From Rhizaria sp. SCN 62-66 (Eukaryota): a stretch of DNA of 64,000 bases. This document shows, one piece after another, positions 37,736 through 51,600 of this stretch (position 1 is its first letter; the number at the start of each line of letters is the position of its first letter). The translations under genes were made by a program, and so were the position numbers. The stretch covers positions 1-64,000 of the forward strand of contig MEDY01000095.1 of assembly GCA_001724265.1 (NCBI GenBank), read 5' to 3'. Below the pieces are notes generated by a model. The model worked only from the letters and a program-made list of their open reading frames with translations. It was not told where the DNA came from and made no database searches.

Positions 37736-39438
37736 ATGGACACGAACTTCCAAGAGTGGGAGGAACACTCAGACGTCTAGCAAGACGCCGAACTAACTCA
37801 AGACACGCTGTATTCGCGCCAGTTTGTGGTCGTCAATGAACCGTACGTGTCTTAGTTGTTTATTTAGTGCTTCAAACTTGTTTATCTGATGAATTCCGCG
37901 CCGGATGCATTTCCCCTCCCTTCCCCCTCTCTTCCCCGATCCCGACCGCGCTCACATCCACTCATATTCACCCTTTTCCCCCGACATTTCTCTTTGTTCA
38001 TGTTTGCATTTCCTTGCTCTCGCCGCTCCAGACGCCCCGGGCGTCACAGCGACAGCGACGACGACAGCGACAGTGACGGCAGCGGCTGTCACAGCGGCAT
38101 CCACAACTTCGCCGCCGCCGATGCCGCCAGCGTCAAGAGCAGCTCATCAACGGGCGCCGGCGGGGCCAACAGCGCGGTGCTGACGCTGCGCTTTGGCCCC
38201 GTGGCTACCGCTACTGGTGCTGCTGCCGCGCCCGCTGCTGCCGCTGCGGCCGCGGCCCAGCCGTTGACAGTGACCGTGGGCTCCACAGGCTTCCGCACAG
38301 TCACTGCTACTGCTCTCACAGCTCCCACTATGCCTACGACTGCGGCTGCGGACTCTGCTGCCGACCGCGCGGGTGCGAGCGCTGCTGCGGGTGGGGCTCC
38401 ATTCAAGCTCACTCTGGGTCCGGCGCTGCCGCCCACGGTCACTCTGCCCCACGGCAGCAGCGGCAACAGCAACCATGCGCACCGCAACAACGACTATGAC
38501 AACGACAACAACACTGACAGCGACAACGTAGCGAACGCCAGCACTGGCACTGGCTCCTCCGAGAACAGCACTGCCGCGAACAATGCTAACACGGCAACGA
38601 ACAGCCGCAAGCGCGCGCGTGTGCCTGACTCCCACTTAGACGCCTCTATGGAGCACTTAGACAGCGCGGACACTGAGCACTTAAACGACAGCGACAACAC
38701 AAACACCAACAGCAAGAACGGGCGCGGCAAACACGCGCGCAAGGCTCCCACCGCTGCAGCAGCAACGACTTCAGCGGCAACAGCTGATGTGGCTCTGATC
38801 CCGAGCAGCCGCAGCAGCCGCAACAGCAACAGCAACAGCAACAGCACTAACACCAGCGCCAACGCCAGCGACAACGACGACGAAAACGACGACGGTGATG
38901 ATGACAACAATGATGGCGACGATGGTAGTCGCGGCCAGACTAGCAGCGCCAAAGCCCGCGGCCGCGGTGCCAAGGCCGTGCCCACCGCAGCGCAGACCAA
39001 GAGCAAGAGCAAAGCTAAGACCCCGGCCAAGGCGGCCAAGACCAAAGCGGCGGGCGACAGCGGCAGCGGCGGCGGCAGCACCCGGGGCTCGCCGGCCTTC
39101 ACTGGTGCTGCCTTAATCGGCGCCGGCACCAGCCCCGCCGCGCTCCCGATGGCGATGCAAATGCAGCAGATGCCGCAGATGGCTCTGCCGATGATGATGA
39201 CCGTGCCCCTGCACATGAACACCATGGGTGCCGTGGGCAGCATGGCCAATATGGGAATGATGATGCCGATGGCGCTGGCGATGCCGGTGGGCACCGCTCC
39301 TGGGGGCACTGGCAGCGCCAGTGTCGGGGTCGGTGTCGGTGTAGGCGGCGGCGGTGGGAACAATGCCGCTGCGCTTAGCAAGATGCAGCAGCAGTTGCAG
39401 CTGCAGCACATGCAGCTACAACAGCAAATGATGTTGTT

Positions 39439-39478
<40 letters not shown>

Positions 39479-39652
39479 AAGCAAAGCAAGGGCAAGAAGG
39501 ACTCTGTCGCCGCCGCCGGCCAGTCTAAGTCTGGCTCGAAGAAGGCTTCTGCCGCGTCCAATGCGACTGATGCTACTGCGACGGAGGCGGAGGCAGGCAC
39601 GGTGACGGCTGTTGCGGCGGCCAAGACTGCTCGCAAGCGCAACATTAGTTAA
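37736..39652 (+). CDS. Low-complexity hypothetical protein (Met/Gln/Lys-rich C-terminus), 575 aa; in-frame TAG at 37778-37780
   Basis: Exon 1 37736-37842 (MDTNFQEWEEHSDV*QDAELTQDTLYSRQFVVVNEP), phase-2 intron 37843-38031 GTACGT...TCCAG, exon 2 38032-39652 in the frame of ORF 37889..39652. Ends in TAA. Confidence 0.7.
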
Positions 39653-40514
39653 GCCGGGCTTGAATATAGCAAGCCGCGTCTGACCCTGTGCCTGCCCCGT
39701 GTTGATTTCGCTCTCGTCCATGCCTTCGCTGCTTTGCTGTTTCCTCATTCGCTACTCTTCGTGTTGATTTGCCGCCCCTGCTGGTGTATTGTCTTTTGCC
39801 GACTTGTTGTGTTGCTGTGTGTCCCATCACTCAGCGTTTGTGACAATTGCATTCCCAGACACACTCGCAAGTGCGCGTTTCCTCGCTCTGTCTTACGCTC
39901 GCACTGACCACGCAGTACAGCGCCGTGCTACTACTGAACGTTTGCCGCAATTACTGTGACGACGTTCACATTCATCACGGTGTAATGCTGCACCTAACTG
40001 CGCTGTAAATGCACTGCCCTATGGAGTACGAAGCATCGGTCAACTACTGCTCTGTTTTACTCTGCTTGGCATGGCATTTGAATGTCTAACTAATGATTGG
40101 TTTGCTTTAAATAGTTTGTTACTATCCAGTTTCCACTGTTTACCTATCCATTGTGTCGTTACCTAATGTTTTTAACACCTCCTACAAATGTATTTCGCGT
40201 GTTAAAAACTATGACTAGTTTAGAGGTATCCTCTGTTGTTTTCTTTTCTACTTATGTGACTTGTTTACCGACTCAGTCGCAATATACATCACTCTTCCAT
40301 ACGCATATGTTAAATTTTAATCCTATGCACTAAATACAAGTTAATAAACGCGACCATGTTTTATTTTTCCTAGTTGTTATGTCATTGCATTGAATCGATT
40401 TTAAAGTTAAACGTATGAGGGTTTACACGTTAGTGTCTCACATGGACGCAGCATCACCTCGCTCACAGCGGTGCGTGTTTACAGGCCCTCATTTGCATCA
40501 TGCCTTAGGGTTGC

Positions 40515-43500
40515 TCAGCGAGCGCACGAGTACCCTTCGCTGGCGCCGGGCCCGGCCCAGTGCCCCCAGTCGCCGTGTAGCGCCTGCAGACTGCGGTGCG
40601 AGACGGGGGGGCGGATATCGATGCGTGTGACGCCGCGCCGCAGCGGGTCTGGGACCGACACGGCCGCGCTGCCTGCTGAGCTCTCCATGCTTGTGCTTCC
40701 ATTTGTAGAAATGTTGTCGTTCTCGCTGTTGCGATCAGCGGGGTTGATATTGGTTGGGAAAACAACATCTTCGGTGGCGTTATGAGAACCAAACTCCTTG
40801 GCCTCAAACTCAAGCCGCTGGCTCAACTTATCTCCGCCATAAAATCCTACTGCAAACTCGCGTCGCTGCGGTCTATACACCGGCAGCGCTGCCGCTGACT
40901 TGAAGTGCAGCTCTTCGTCCTCTTGGCTCTCATCCCCATCACCATCATCATCATCATCGCTGTCGCTGTCATCGTCGCTGACGGTCGCAGAACTTGCACC
41001 TCGACTGCTATTGCTCACGCCACCCGTCTCAGTGGGGCTATTTTTAACACTGAGATCAAGCGCAAATCCACTGTTCCTGAGCTCCGGCCTTGCCGCCGCG
41101 GCCGCCAGCGCCCGCAGCGTGCGTCCGCTGACCGGCGCGACTGTCTCCGCCGCCCACTGCAGCAGCTGCCAGGGCGACAGTGCCCCCGCGGCGGCGGCGT
41201 TCAGCTCGCCGCGGCGCCACAGCCGCGTCTGCTCCGTCGTCTGCCGCCAGCCCTCGTCAAAGCGCGCCTGAAGCGAAGTTAGGCCGCGGCTTAGGCGAGC
41301 GGTGGACTCGCGCCACGCAGCAGCGAATACCGACGGCGGCTGCTGCGCCAGGAACTCAAATGCACTCAATAAGAACGCGTTGGCACGGGAATAGTATAGT
41401 GCAGGGTTGTGTTCCTCTTGAGCCCCCTGATTGCGTCAAATCAATGCCCAATAAAAGGGTTAACGGATTTTAGGCGATAAAAATATTGATCGCCGGAAAA
41501 AAAGAGAAATGTTGTCAGCGCGAGTAAATTTACAAATTTTAAAGTATAGTGAACAAATACATCTATAATTAAATTTCGCAAAGTATTCAAGTATATAAAA
41601 TAAAATCAAATCTTTCCACCAATAATTACTGCTATTAAATAACATATGAGCGCAATATCTTCTGTTTTAGTTTGGGGTCACGGACCTGAATGACAATGGC
41701 GAACGTCTTCGGCCCTCCGGCAGCCCCAGTGGCACAAATCACGACATAACCGAGCTGTTGCTCCGTACGCAGCGTATGGAAACATCTCTCCTTGACAATA
41801 TCAAGGAAGATCTCTGTCATGACATGTCTCCCCAGTGCGCTGTTGTACACAGTCTCACTCACAGCCGCGCGTTGCTGTTGTTCACGGTCACTCAAACTGC
41901 CTTGCGCGGCCGCCTGAGCCTTGGCAAGCGCGACAGCAGCAGTGGCCTCCACGCTGCCACTGCCCGACGCCGGGACGACCTCCTCATCGTCCAGACCGAG
42001 ACTGCGGCTTAACATATCGTCCTCGCGCGGCGTCAGCGGTGGCGCCGTTTGCAGTGACAGCAGCATGGCCGAGTTGGGGTCCTCAACAATGTAGGTTGCA
42101 GCGCGGTAACGCGTGTGGTACCCGCGGGCCTGCGTTCTCACAGTTACTGGTACGGACGCCGGCCCGTTCACCGTAGTCGCAAGCGTGTTCATGTTGCGGT
42201 GAGCGATCGCAGCAAGGTCACTTGAAAGGGTGGTTTCACCATTATCGTCACTTGAAACATCACTATCAGTTTCCGTGTCTGTTTCGACGTTGTTGTTAAT
42301 GTTCTCATTGTTTCTGCTAAAAGTGGTGTTGATCGCAACCCATATTGGCTTTTCAGGGATCACGGTCAGTAGCGCAGTCTCGGCGGGCCGCTTCAGGCGC
42401 TGCGGGTGCGGCATCTGTGCGCACTGCATGTATGTTAAGCCGCCACCCGTGCTCGAAGTCAGGCCGCCAAGCTGTAGCGGTGGTCCTGCTAACAGGGCAA
42501 TGACGGCAGCAGCGTGCCGCTGTGCCTTTTCGCTTTCGCTCTCGTCATCGTTGTCATCCTCAGTGTCGCCAATACTATCACTGCTCATGTTAGTGTTTGC
42601 AGCGCGAGTTGAGCCCGCATCACTTCCTGTGTTTGGAGCACGAGTAGTAGCACTATGGCTAGCAGGGGTACTTGCGCTTGTTGCAGGCGCGTTTACAGTT
42701 GCGGCGGCGCTTGCGGCGGAGTTCGCGATGAGAAACCACTCCGGCCCCGCGCCGCCGGCCACTTGCAGCGCGCGGCTTAACTTCTCGCCGTACCCGCGCG
42801 CCTCGGCCACGGTTGCCGCGCCGTGCACGTAGACCTCCACAAGCGCGCCCGCGGCGGCCACGGCGCGCGCCAGGCGGGCGACATCGGCGGCTGTCGGCGG
42901 GGAGCTGAAGGGGCCGCGCCCCGCGGGCGGAGGTGAGTCAGTCGCAGCGGCAGTAGCGTCAACAGCGCCACCGCTTGTGGTGGAGTTAGTTTTTACTGGC
43001 TTGAGCCGCAGGCCTGCCCAGCGCAGCGTACCGAGCGCTTCGTCTGTAGGCGCAACGAAAGACAGCAGTTCACGCTTGCTCTGCAGGTCCAGCGAGCCCT
43101 CGACTTCGCTGGCGACGACGGTGAGCTCGAGAAACGGCATGCCGTAAACGCGGGTGTGGATGCTGTCCACAGTCGCTGCTAGCGCAGAAGGGAAGGCAAT
43201 CGAGCACGCGGACTGAGGTGAAATGCACACTGTGCTCACATCGTTTACACTGTCACTGTTGCCGTCGCTGGCTATGTGCGTGCGATTAGTGCCAGAGTGA
43301 GTTGATGTAGGGATGCGCTGCAGACCTAACAGAGCAATAAGCCGTGCAAGTTGACTGGTGAAGATAGGCGCAGTGTCTGCAAACGCTGTGTAGGATACAG
43401 TCAAGCCGCGACGAGAGGACTGTGCAGTAAGTTTTGCGCTCGCTAGCTCGCCATACGCAGTAAGAACAGAGCCCATCTCCTCGATCTAAACGAAATAATA

Positions 43501-46500
43501 CAACATAACATTATTTCAGAACTAAATAAATTCTAACTTCAATCATCACATGTCAAATACGTTATTTCTCAAAGATTACCTCATTAGAGTTGACAATTCA
43601 CGTCATATGTTACACGTACCATTGCGGCCCACAGCATGCTCATTGCCTTGACTGCGACACTGTCCATCGCAACACGCCACACCTTGCCTTTGGCATCAGT
43701 AACCGGGATTTCCATTGGAAAAATGATCTCAACGCCGACAAACGCGCGCGGAATGACCTCACCCGTGTCCTGGCGCAGCCACACGAGTGCTCGGCTGTCG
43801 TTGCGCACAACGAGCGGCGCCCCGCCGCACTGCGGAGAGCTGGCGCTCACGCCGCTGGGTTCTGCAGCGGTGCCCGTGACGGCAGGGCTCGCGTTGCTGT
43901 CAGCGCTATCCGCGCTCATTGTGTTAGCGTCGTGAGTGCCGTTATGTGTGGTAATTCTTTCACAAGGCGGGACTACGAATGACTGAGGAATCAGTGGGTT
44001 CAACGGCGGCAAGTTGGCTTGGAAGCAGGGGACAGCCTGTTGTTTCCTACGGTTGTTGCTGTTACCCTCACAGGGAAAAGGGTTGATTCCAGACCGGGCC
44101 TTTACCCACACTTGTGGAGCGTCAGGTAAGGGGTACTTAGACTTGGCCTCAGGCACTGTGAAGACGCGCACATCGACGCTGTAGTATTGCTCTGTGACAA
44201 GCCTTCCGTCCCCAACAATCTCAGCATCATGGCTGCCACCGTATATAGCGCTATCCGCACTGCGGTTGCCAGTGTCACTGCTATTTCCGCTGCTGCGGAC
44301 ATTCTCCGTTCTGTTCCCGTTCCCCCACAGCATCGTCGGCGCCGTCACCATCACGAGCGCCGTCTCCGCGCGCACTGCGGCCAGCACCGCCGCGATTGCC
44401 CGCGGCGCGTACACCCGCCGCATCGGCGGCGACAGCGCGTCCGCGGGCGTCACAAAGGGCCGATTCAAGTGGCTCGCGCGACGGCGCACGAAGTCAGACG
44501 CGGTGGCCTGGCGGTCCGAAAAGGCGAAGGTGAGGTACTGGCTCGCGGAGAGGTCGCGGAAGCGGGCGCGGGACAGGCCCTGGGGCACGCTAATTACAGA
44601 CAAGTAGTCTGAAGACAAAATAAAATGTGTTGAAAACAAAGCATAGGACGACATAAACTTGTGAGAGTCATCTGAATTAAATACCCATAAAACTTAGCAC
44701 TGATGCTGATGTGACGATACGCGTGAGCTTGTTACTGAACCTACACATGAGTACGGCGACAACGTCCCGCACTTTCTCAGCGCCGGCCTCGGTCAGCGTG
44801 ACCTGCACCACGATTGCGGCTGCGGCAGCCATCTCGCGCATAGGCTCGGCCTCAAGCTTGTTGGCCCAGCCGCGCGATTTAAGATAGGCCGCCGCGCCGC
44901 CTGCGTGCGGGTGCGCAACCTGGTGGCACACGAACTCAAGCGGCTCTGTTCTCACAAACGCGTCCTGCGACGGTAATGCCCTGTGTGTCAATAAAACAAA
45001 GTAGCAAGAGAGAGATCAATGCAATTAGGCATTGGATGTGTGAACGTTGAACCAACAAATGTTCTTAATATTAAAAGCTGATGCGTACCAAAAGAGCGTG
45101 ACGGAGCGTTCTCCACCAACAGATGCAATTGACATAAGCGGAAAGCCTGTACCGTTGTGCAACACTCCAGAAAATGGGTGCGAAAAGCCCCGTGGACGTG
45201 GCCTAACTTCCCGAGGAGGCAACTTCTCGTTATTTTCAGTGTCGGCTTCTGCAGCGGTTGCGGATGCAGCAGTATTGAATGTGTGCGCAGCGTTTGTAGG
45301 GTACGTGGCAGAGTTTGCGGTGAAATGAGCCGCGGCATGCGCAGTATCAGGCTCGTATTCACCGCGCGTGACAAGCGCCGCTAGTGCCGACGGAGACAAC
45401 AGCGGCAGCGCCAGAGCTGTTGGCTCTTTGTCAGTCTCTGCGTCGATAAATCTAGAATCAGAACGAGAGTTGACATGACCGGGTAGTGTCGCTGGCATAG
45501 CAACTCCACTAGTAGCGCCATTGATACTGCTTGAATGGTCAGCGTTACGATGCCCAATTTCCGAACTATTGTTGCTGTTGATAGAGAAGTAGTCGTAGTC
45601 TGTAGCATCTGTTCCCAAGGCCCCGGCCATGTTGGCCCTGCCACTCACAAGCGCTAGCAACGTTGGATACCTAATCGCAGCAGCCTCAGTCGCATTACCC
45701 GCGCTCGCAGCGTCAAAATTCCCACCCGCGCTGGGTTGCAGCGGCAGCGGGCTAGCGGTCGTGTTGAGCGACGGCTTACTTGTAGGCACATCTGAGAACA
45801 ACTCCACAACAAGCCTTTCTGCACTATCCAATGGCTCTGTAGTGAGCACCGACAGCGCCATCCTCTCTGCTGTGTAGTGCGCGCGGTGGAATTCCCTCAG
45901 GTCCACAGCTGTCCACGGGCGTTGCAGCGTCTCGCGCGTGCCTGTCCCAAAGTGGTGCATTGGGTGCGCTTTGTCTGCGACAAACCGCAGTGCCTGCCAC
46001 TGGCGCCATGAGTCGGAGAGCAGGTTCTTCTGGTGCTCGGCGTCGACGGCAGCGCGCTCTTTGTCCACCGCGGTGGGAGACAGCAGCGGTGCGACGAGAA
46101 ACTGAGAGAAGATGTCGAGAGACGCCGGCAGCGCGGCGGGGGAAATTTCGAAAAAGTAGTTTGTTTCCTCATCCGATGTGAACGCGTTGTAACTGCCACC
46201 TAAACAATAGACATCCAGTCAGCGAGGAAGCAATGCTGGTGAGTTGCGACTTGAACAAAATAAACATAGGTCAAGAAAAAAAGTAAATGTGCGTTTGACG
46301 AACCATGTTCTGACAGAAATGAAGAGAATTTGTTGATTTCTGGGTATTTTTTGCTGCCCATGAAGAGCATATGCTCTAGAAAGTGCGCCAGCCCCGGCGA
46401 GCGCGGGTAATCTGCATTGCTCCCCACGGCCATGCTCAGTGCCGCGGCCGCGCGCGGGGCCGCCGGGTCGCTTACCAGCAGAACCTTTAAGTTGTTTCGC

Positions 46501-48218
46501 AGCACTACGTAGCGGTGCGTGCGCGGGGACTTGTTGGGCGCAACCACAGCGTCGCCAATCGTCATCAGCGCCGCGACCTGGGGCTGCGTCAGGGGCTGGC
46601 CTGTGTTGGCGTCAGCGTGGGCCAAGAGTTTCTCGGTCCAGGCCAGCGCAGCGGGGCGGGGCACAGCGCGGACCATCTATGCGCCGCCGGGGAAAGAGAG
46701 AAAGTCGGACGATATCGCACCGACGCGGCTGGCTGCGCCGTCACTGCTGCTGCTCAATAAGTCTGCCTCGGTCCCCGCTGCTCCAGAACCTGAGCCCACG
46801 GGTAGCCCTGTGCCACTACTGATGCCGCCACTGCCACTGCTGTTGCTCGTGCCAAGCGTAACAAAGAGGAAGATCGCGAGCAAAACGATGACAAGCAGCG
46901 CCGACAGCGCGAGAATGCGCGCCGTTGTGGTGTTCTGACAGGGCGACAGGCGCCAACACCAGCGCCGCCAGGGCTCCGCCGCCGCGCCCGCCGCGGCGGC
47001 GCTGGCCCTGCGCCGGACGCCGCTGCCGCTGCTGTCTTCAACGCCGACCGCGAACACCGCGGGCGAGGGCTCCGGGCGGTGGCGGCGCGGGGGCAGCGGG
47101 GGCGCCAGCCGCTGGCGCTGCTGCTGCTGCTGCTGCTGTTGCAGCTGTGGCTGCTGCTGCAAGGCAGGCATCGGGGGAAGCTGCGACTGCGCTTGGTAGC
47201 TGTGGCTGTCAATCGCCGCGCCGCCGTCGGAGCCCTCGAGCGTATGTCTGCTGATTCCGGTGTAAGTGCCTCCGTTGCCAGTGTAAGTGCCAGCATAAGT
47301 GGACGGCACATCGCTCTCGCCGCTGGCAGTGTTGGGCAGTGCACTGTACGCGCCCGCGCCGCCGCCGCCAAAGCCGAGGCCGAGGCCAATGCTGCTTAGA
47401 CGCGACTGCAGCAGCGAGGGCTGGCGCACCGCTGTGGGCACGCCGCCGCTCGCAGTGTTGGCAGGATCAGCGCTGTCACTCGCGGTTGTCAGTCCCTCGG
47501 TGACGTTGATGTCGGAGGCGCCGCTGTCGGATGGGCCCAGCACTGGCGGCGGCAGCGGGGGTCGCGCGGAGCTGGAGCGGTGCCCGTGGGCGCTGCTGTA
47601 ACTGCGACTCTGGCTGGACGGGGCAGAGGGAATGCTGTGTCCGTTTTCGTTTGTAATTTTGATGTTGTTGTTGGAGCGACGGAGGCCCGATGCTGATGTC
47701 AGGGGAGAATCATATGCGATGCCGCTGTCGCCGTGCCCGCCAGCCGCCCCTGCGGCGCTGTGTTGCGCATGTGAAGTGACGACACTAGGGGGACGAACGC
47801 GGTATTTAGCTGGGTTAACAGCTGTTGCTGTTGCCGTTACGCCCGCATCAGTCGTAGCGGTGGACTCACGGGGCTCAAGGACACTAAACAAAAGCATGAA
47901 ATAAAAAAACCAGAGGAAAAAGATAAGCCCAGCATTGATAGGTAATGTAGATCGAGATAAGTCTATGATGTAGACGTACGTGGGGTTGATGGTGACCGCA
48001 TGGAGCGCGTTTTCTTTTTCATCTGCAGCTGCAGCTGGTGAGACGAGAGCGGGAGGATACACGGGACCTTTGTCTCTGACCTCGCTATTTGTCGGCTTTG
48101 CGGGAGGAGGAGTACTTGGGTCCGATAACGGACTGCCGCGGGTATGCTTGTGGTCGTCAGCGTTGCGCGGCGGCGGGCTCTACTTGCTCGGGACAGAAGG
48201 CTTGTCGTGACGACTCAT
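40515..48218 (-). CDS. M16A zinc metalloprotease (insulinase/pitrilysin/nardilysin family) with N-terminal extension and transmembrane helix, ~2288 aa; in-frame TAGs at 48180-48182 and 46677-46679
   Basis: Exons 48218-47980, 47883-46304, 46199-45089, 44980-44745, 44608-43620, 43485-41686, 41426-40515. Motifs LRNNLKVLLVSDP, PGLAHFLEHMLFMGSKKYP (HxxEH), H|GGSYNAFTSDEETNYFF, KERAAVDAEHQKNL, HPMHHFGTG, LKSRGWAN, FHTLRTEQQLGYVV. Ends in TGA. Confidence 0.9.
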
Positions 48219-48624
48219 GGCTTCACTAGCGTTCGCCTTGCACTTCGCGTTTCTAGACTATACACAGGCTGTTAAAGAGTGTTGATACAACAATTGATAA
48301 GTGTGAAACTTAAACCGTGTAGTTTTTATTTATACTTTGATTTCAGTGTGAATTCATCCGAGGTAAACAGTAGTTTTTTAGTCGAGGCGTCGATATGATT
48401 TATTGTTGAACACATGCTGATGCCCACGGTCACTTCGTGTACTTCAAGTTAAAAATCGCAAGTTAAAAGTTATTTCAAGTTGTATTCAACGATTATTTTT
48501 AAAATTGTTGCCCATATTTTTGATTTCCTTCATTACATTAGTTCAATTTGAACTTTTCAAGTCATCCTCTAAGAATAGACGTTTTTGCACAGTCACACAA
48601 ACGTGGGCGGTCTACATTTAATTC

Positions 48625-51600
48625 TCACATGTACGCCCTTTGGTCCTCCTTAACATCGTTGTTACTCGGCTTCTGTCCGTGAGCAACGACCTCGCCCATC
48701 GGCAGCTTCACCGGCCGAATCACCTTGCCCCCACGGTTGAGGTTGGCGTTTGCGCCCTTGTTGGCGTCGCGCAGCACATCGTCAAGCGCCTCTTCATCCT
48801 TGTTGTCGGTCTCGCTTGCAGTTGCGGCGGCGAGTGCAGCGGCGTCTTGCTGCGCCAGAGCTAGCGCGGCCTCCGCAGAGCTAACAGTCGCGCTCGCGCT
48901 CGTCTTGATGCCAGCAGCACTGCTCGCTTGCGGGTGGCTACGAGCGCGACTGTGCGTGCTTGCGCTAGCGCTCGCGCGGGCTTCAGTCTGGCGCTGCGCC
49001 CACGCGCGCGCCTGCCCCATTGCACTCGCACTGCGTTGCTCCTCTTGCTGCTGCTGTTGCTGCTGCTGTTGTTGCTGCAGTCTCTGCTGCAGTTGTTGCC
49101 GCTGCTGCAGTCTCTGCTGCTGTTGTTGCTGCTGCAGTCTCTGCTGCTGTTGCTACTGCTGTTGTTGCTGTTGCTGTTGCTGCTGTTGCTGATGTTGCTG
49201 CTGCTGCAGCAGTCTCTGCTGCAGCTGTTGTTGCTGCAGCTGTTGTTGCTGCTGTTGCTGTTGCTGCAGCTTCTGTTGGTGGTGCCCGCGGCCACTGCTG
49301 CGACTCTGGCTGCGCTCGCGCTCGTTCTCATCCACCGGCACAGTCACGGGCACAGGGACAACCGACGCAGGCATTGCAACGCCGTCGCGCGCCGCCGCGG
49401 CCGACGCAGTGCGGACGAGATCAGCGCCCACTGGCAGCGTCTGCCGCAGCCGCTCGCGCAGCACGCCGCCCAGTCCCTCGCTGTTGCCCACACCGGCGTC
49501 TGCACTCACGCTGCCGCGCTTAACGCCACTGGTGTTAATGGGCGTGGACATTACTGTCCCAAGCTGATAGCCGCAGCCGCTGCTGGCTTCCACCGCACCG
49601 GCGCTTCCCTTGCCAGCGGCGGTGGCTGCGGCGCGTGCGTAGCTGCTCGAAGGCCTGGGCGCGCGCCGGAGCTGCTTGCGCACTTCGACAAGCGCGTGCG
49701 CAAGGCCGGCGCGGGTGCGAAAGTCAAGCCGCGTGTCAACGACGCCGGCGCGGGCGAGTCGCCTGCGGAACAGCAGCGCGCGCGCCGTCACAGCGGCTGC
49801 AGCGGCTGCCGCTGCCTCAGGACTCGCACCGCCCGCGGTCACAGCAGCAGCGGCAGCGGCGGGCGACAGAGGGCCCCGCAGTCGCAGAGACTTGCTGCTG
49901 GTGTTGACGGTCAAGTTGCTTGGACTTGAGCCTGTGAACTCGCCGATGCGCTTCTTGAGCCAGTGGACAAAGCCTTTGGACTTCTTCGGACCCGCTGGAG
50001 CTTCGGCAACAGTAGCAGTAGCAACTGCAGGGCTACTGGCCGTTAAGCTGCTACTCTCGCCACCTTGGCCCGGCGACTGCGGCTGTGGGGTGTCACCACT
50101 GGGCACAATGTTACCACCAGCGCCGACACCACTGATCATGATTGAGCTCACGGTCACGTCGTTCTCCTCTTCATCCTCTTCCTGTGAAGACTTCTGCTGA
50201 CGCTCGCGCTCACGGATATCCTTTGCCTTCTCACTCACAGCTGCAGCAGCGTTAACGCCGCCAAGGCGCCGGGCGCGTGCCGCATCAATGCTCGCGCGCA
50301 CGTTAGGCGGCACCGCGCAGCGCGCGAGCGGGGCCCGCAGTTTGCGCGGCGGCGCGGGCGGCCTTAGCGCGCGGCGACCCGCAGCCAGCACAGCTGCAAA
50401 GCCGGGGCGGCGGCGCGGGTCGTCTTGCGGACCGCTGAGCAGCACCAGAGAGGTTAGCCGCTCGCGCAGCGGCAGGCGCTGGCGCAGATAGCGCGCGCGG
50501 GCTGGTAACGGCACGTGGCGCAGGCGCGCGCGCGCCTGGGCCATAACGCGCGGACTAAAGCGGCGCGGGCCGCCAAGGCGGTAGTCACTGATGACGCGGC
50601 CGCTCTGCAGTGTGTACGCACCCTGCGACGCGCGCGACTGCAGCAGCTTAGATCGCTCGCTGACACTCATCCCCGTGGTGTTTACGCTAGAACTGGCGCT
50701 CGCGCTGGAACTATCGACAGTCGTGGCTCTGCCGCTAGCGCTGTCCTTGTCTGCGTTTGTGGCAGTGGGCCTGAGACTCTTGCGCGCGTTGCGGAGCGCG
50801 AGCCCGAACGTCCGTATGTTAAGCCGCCGCGGGTCTGTGCGCGGCGCAGATGTGAGTGCGATCACAGTGGGCACAGAGCGCTCAAGAATGGGTCGACGCC
50901 ACGGCATGTTGAGCGGTTGCTGCTGGGGCCGGAAGAAGGCAGCGTCAGCTGTGCTCTTGCTTTGTGTGTCAGCGCTGGAGCCTGCTCTTGACGCCCTTGC
51001 GCTGGTAGCAGGCGCCGGCGACAAATTGAGCGCATTGCGCACCTTGTCCATCAAGCCAGCACCACCGGCACTGCTGCTTGCAGTGCTGCCGCTGCTGCTG
51101 ACAACGTCCTTACCATTGCCGCCCGCTTGAATGTTGTTCATGTTAAGGAACGCGGGGTAGACCGTGCGCAGCGAGTTCTTGACCGCGCGCAGTGACTGCG
51201 CAAACCCGACCCGCATGCGCGGATCAATCGGGCCGAGACCAAGCCGCGGCCGCGCCGGCACAAAGCCTGTCGGCAGCGCAAAAACGGTGCCCGCAAGAGA
51301 GCGGCGGACGTGCAGAGGGGCCGGGCGCCGCAACTTTGCGCGCGTCACGGCGAGCGAGGCCAGGAAGCCTACGGGGTCAGAACGGCGCGGATCTTGCGGC
51401 AGGATAGGCAGGTCCCAGCGGTCCTAAGCAAAAGTGTACAAACATTTAAAAAACATCAATTATTAGGAGGGAAACATAAATCGACATGAAATGACGTTGC
51501 CAAAAAGTATTGACATCATATGTTAACGTACGTGCGCATGCCTCACTAAGTGAGCCTCCTTACTCTTGGACACGCCAATAAACAGCTTCTTCACAGCCTC

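Noticed and set aside
47884-47979. Hydrophobic stretch LIFFLWFFYFMLLFSV in ORF 46677..48062 as a transmembrane helix
   Set aside because: It is the translation of a 96-nt T-rich intron (GTACGT...TTTAG) that happens to be in frame and stop-free.
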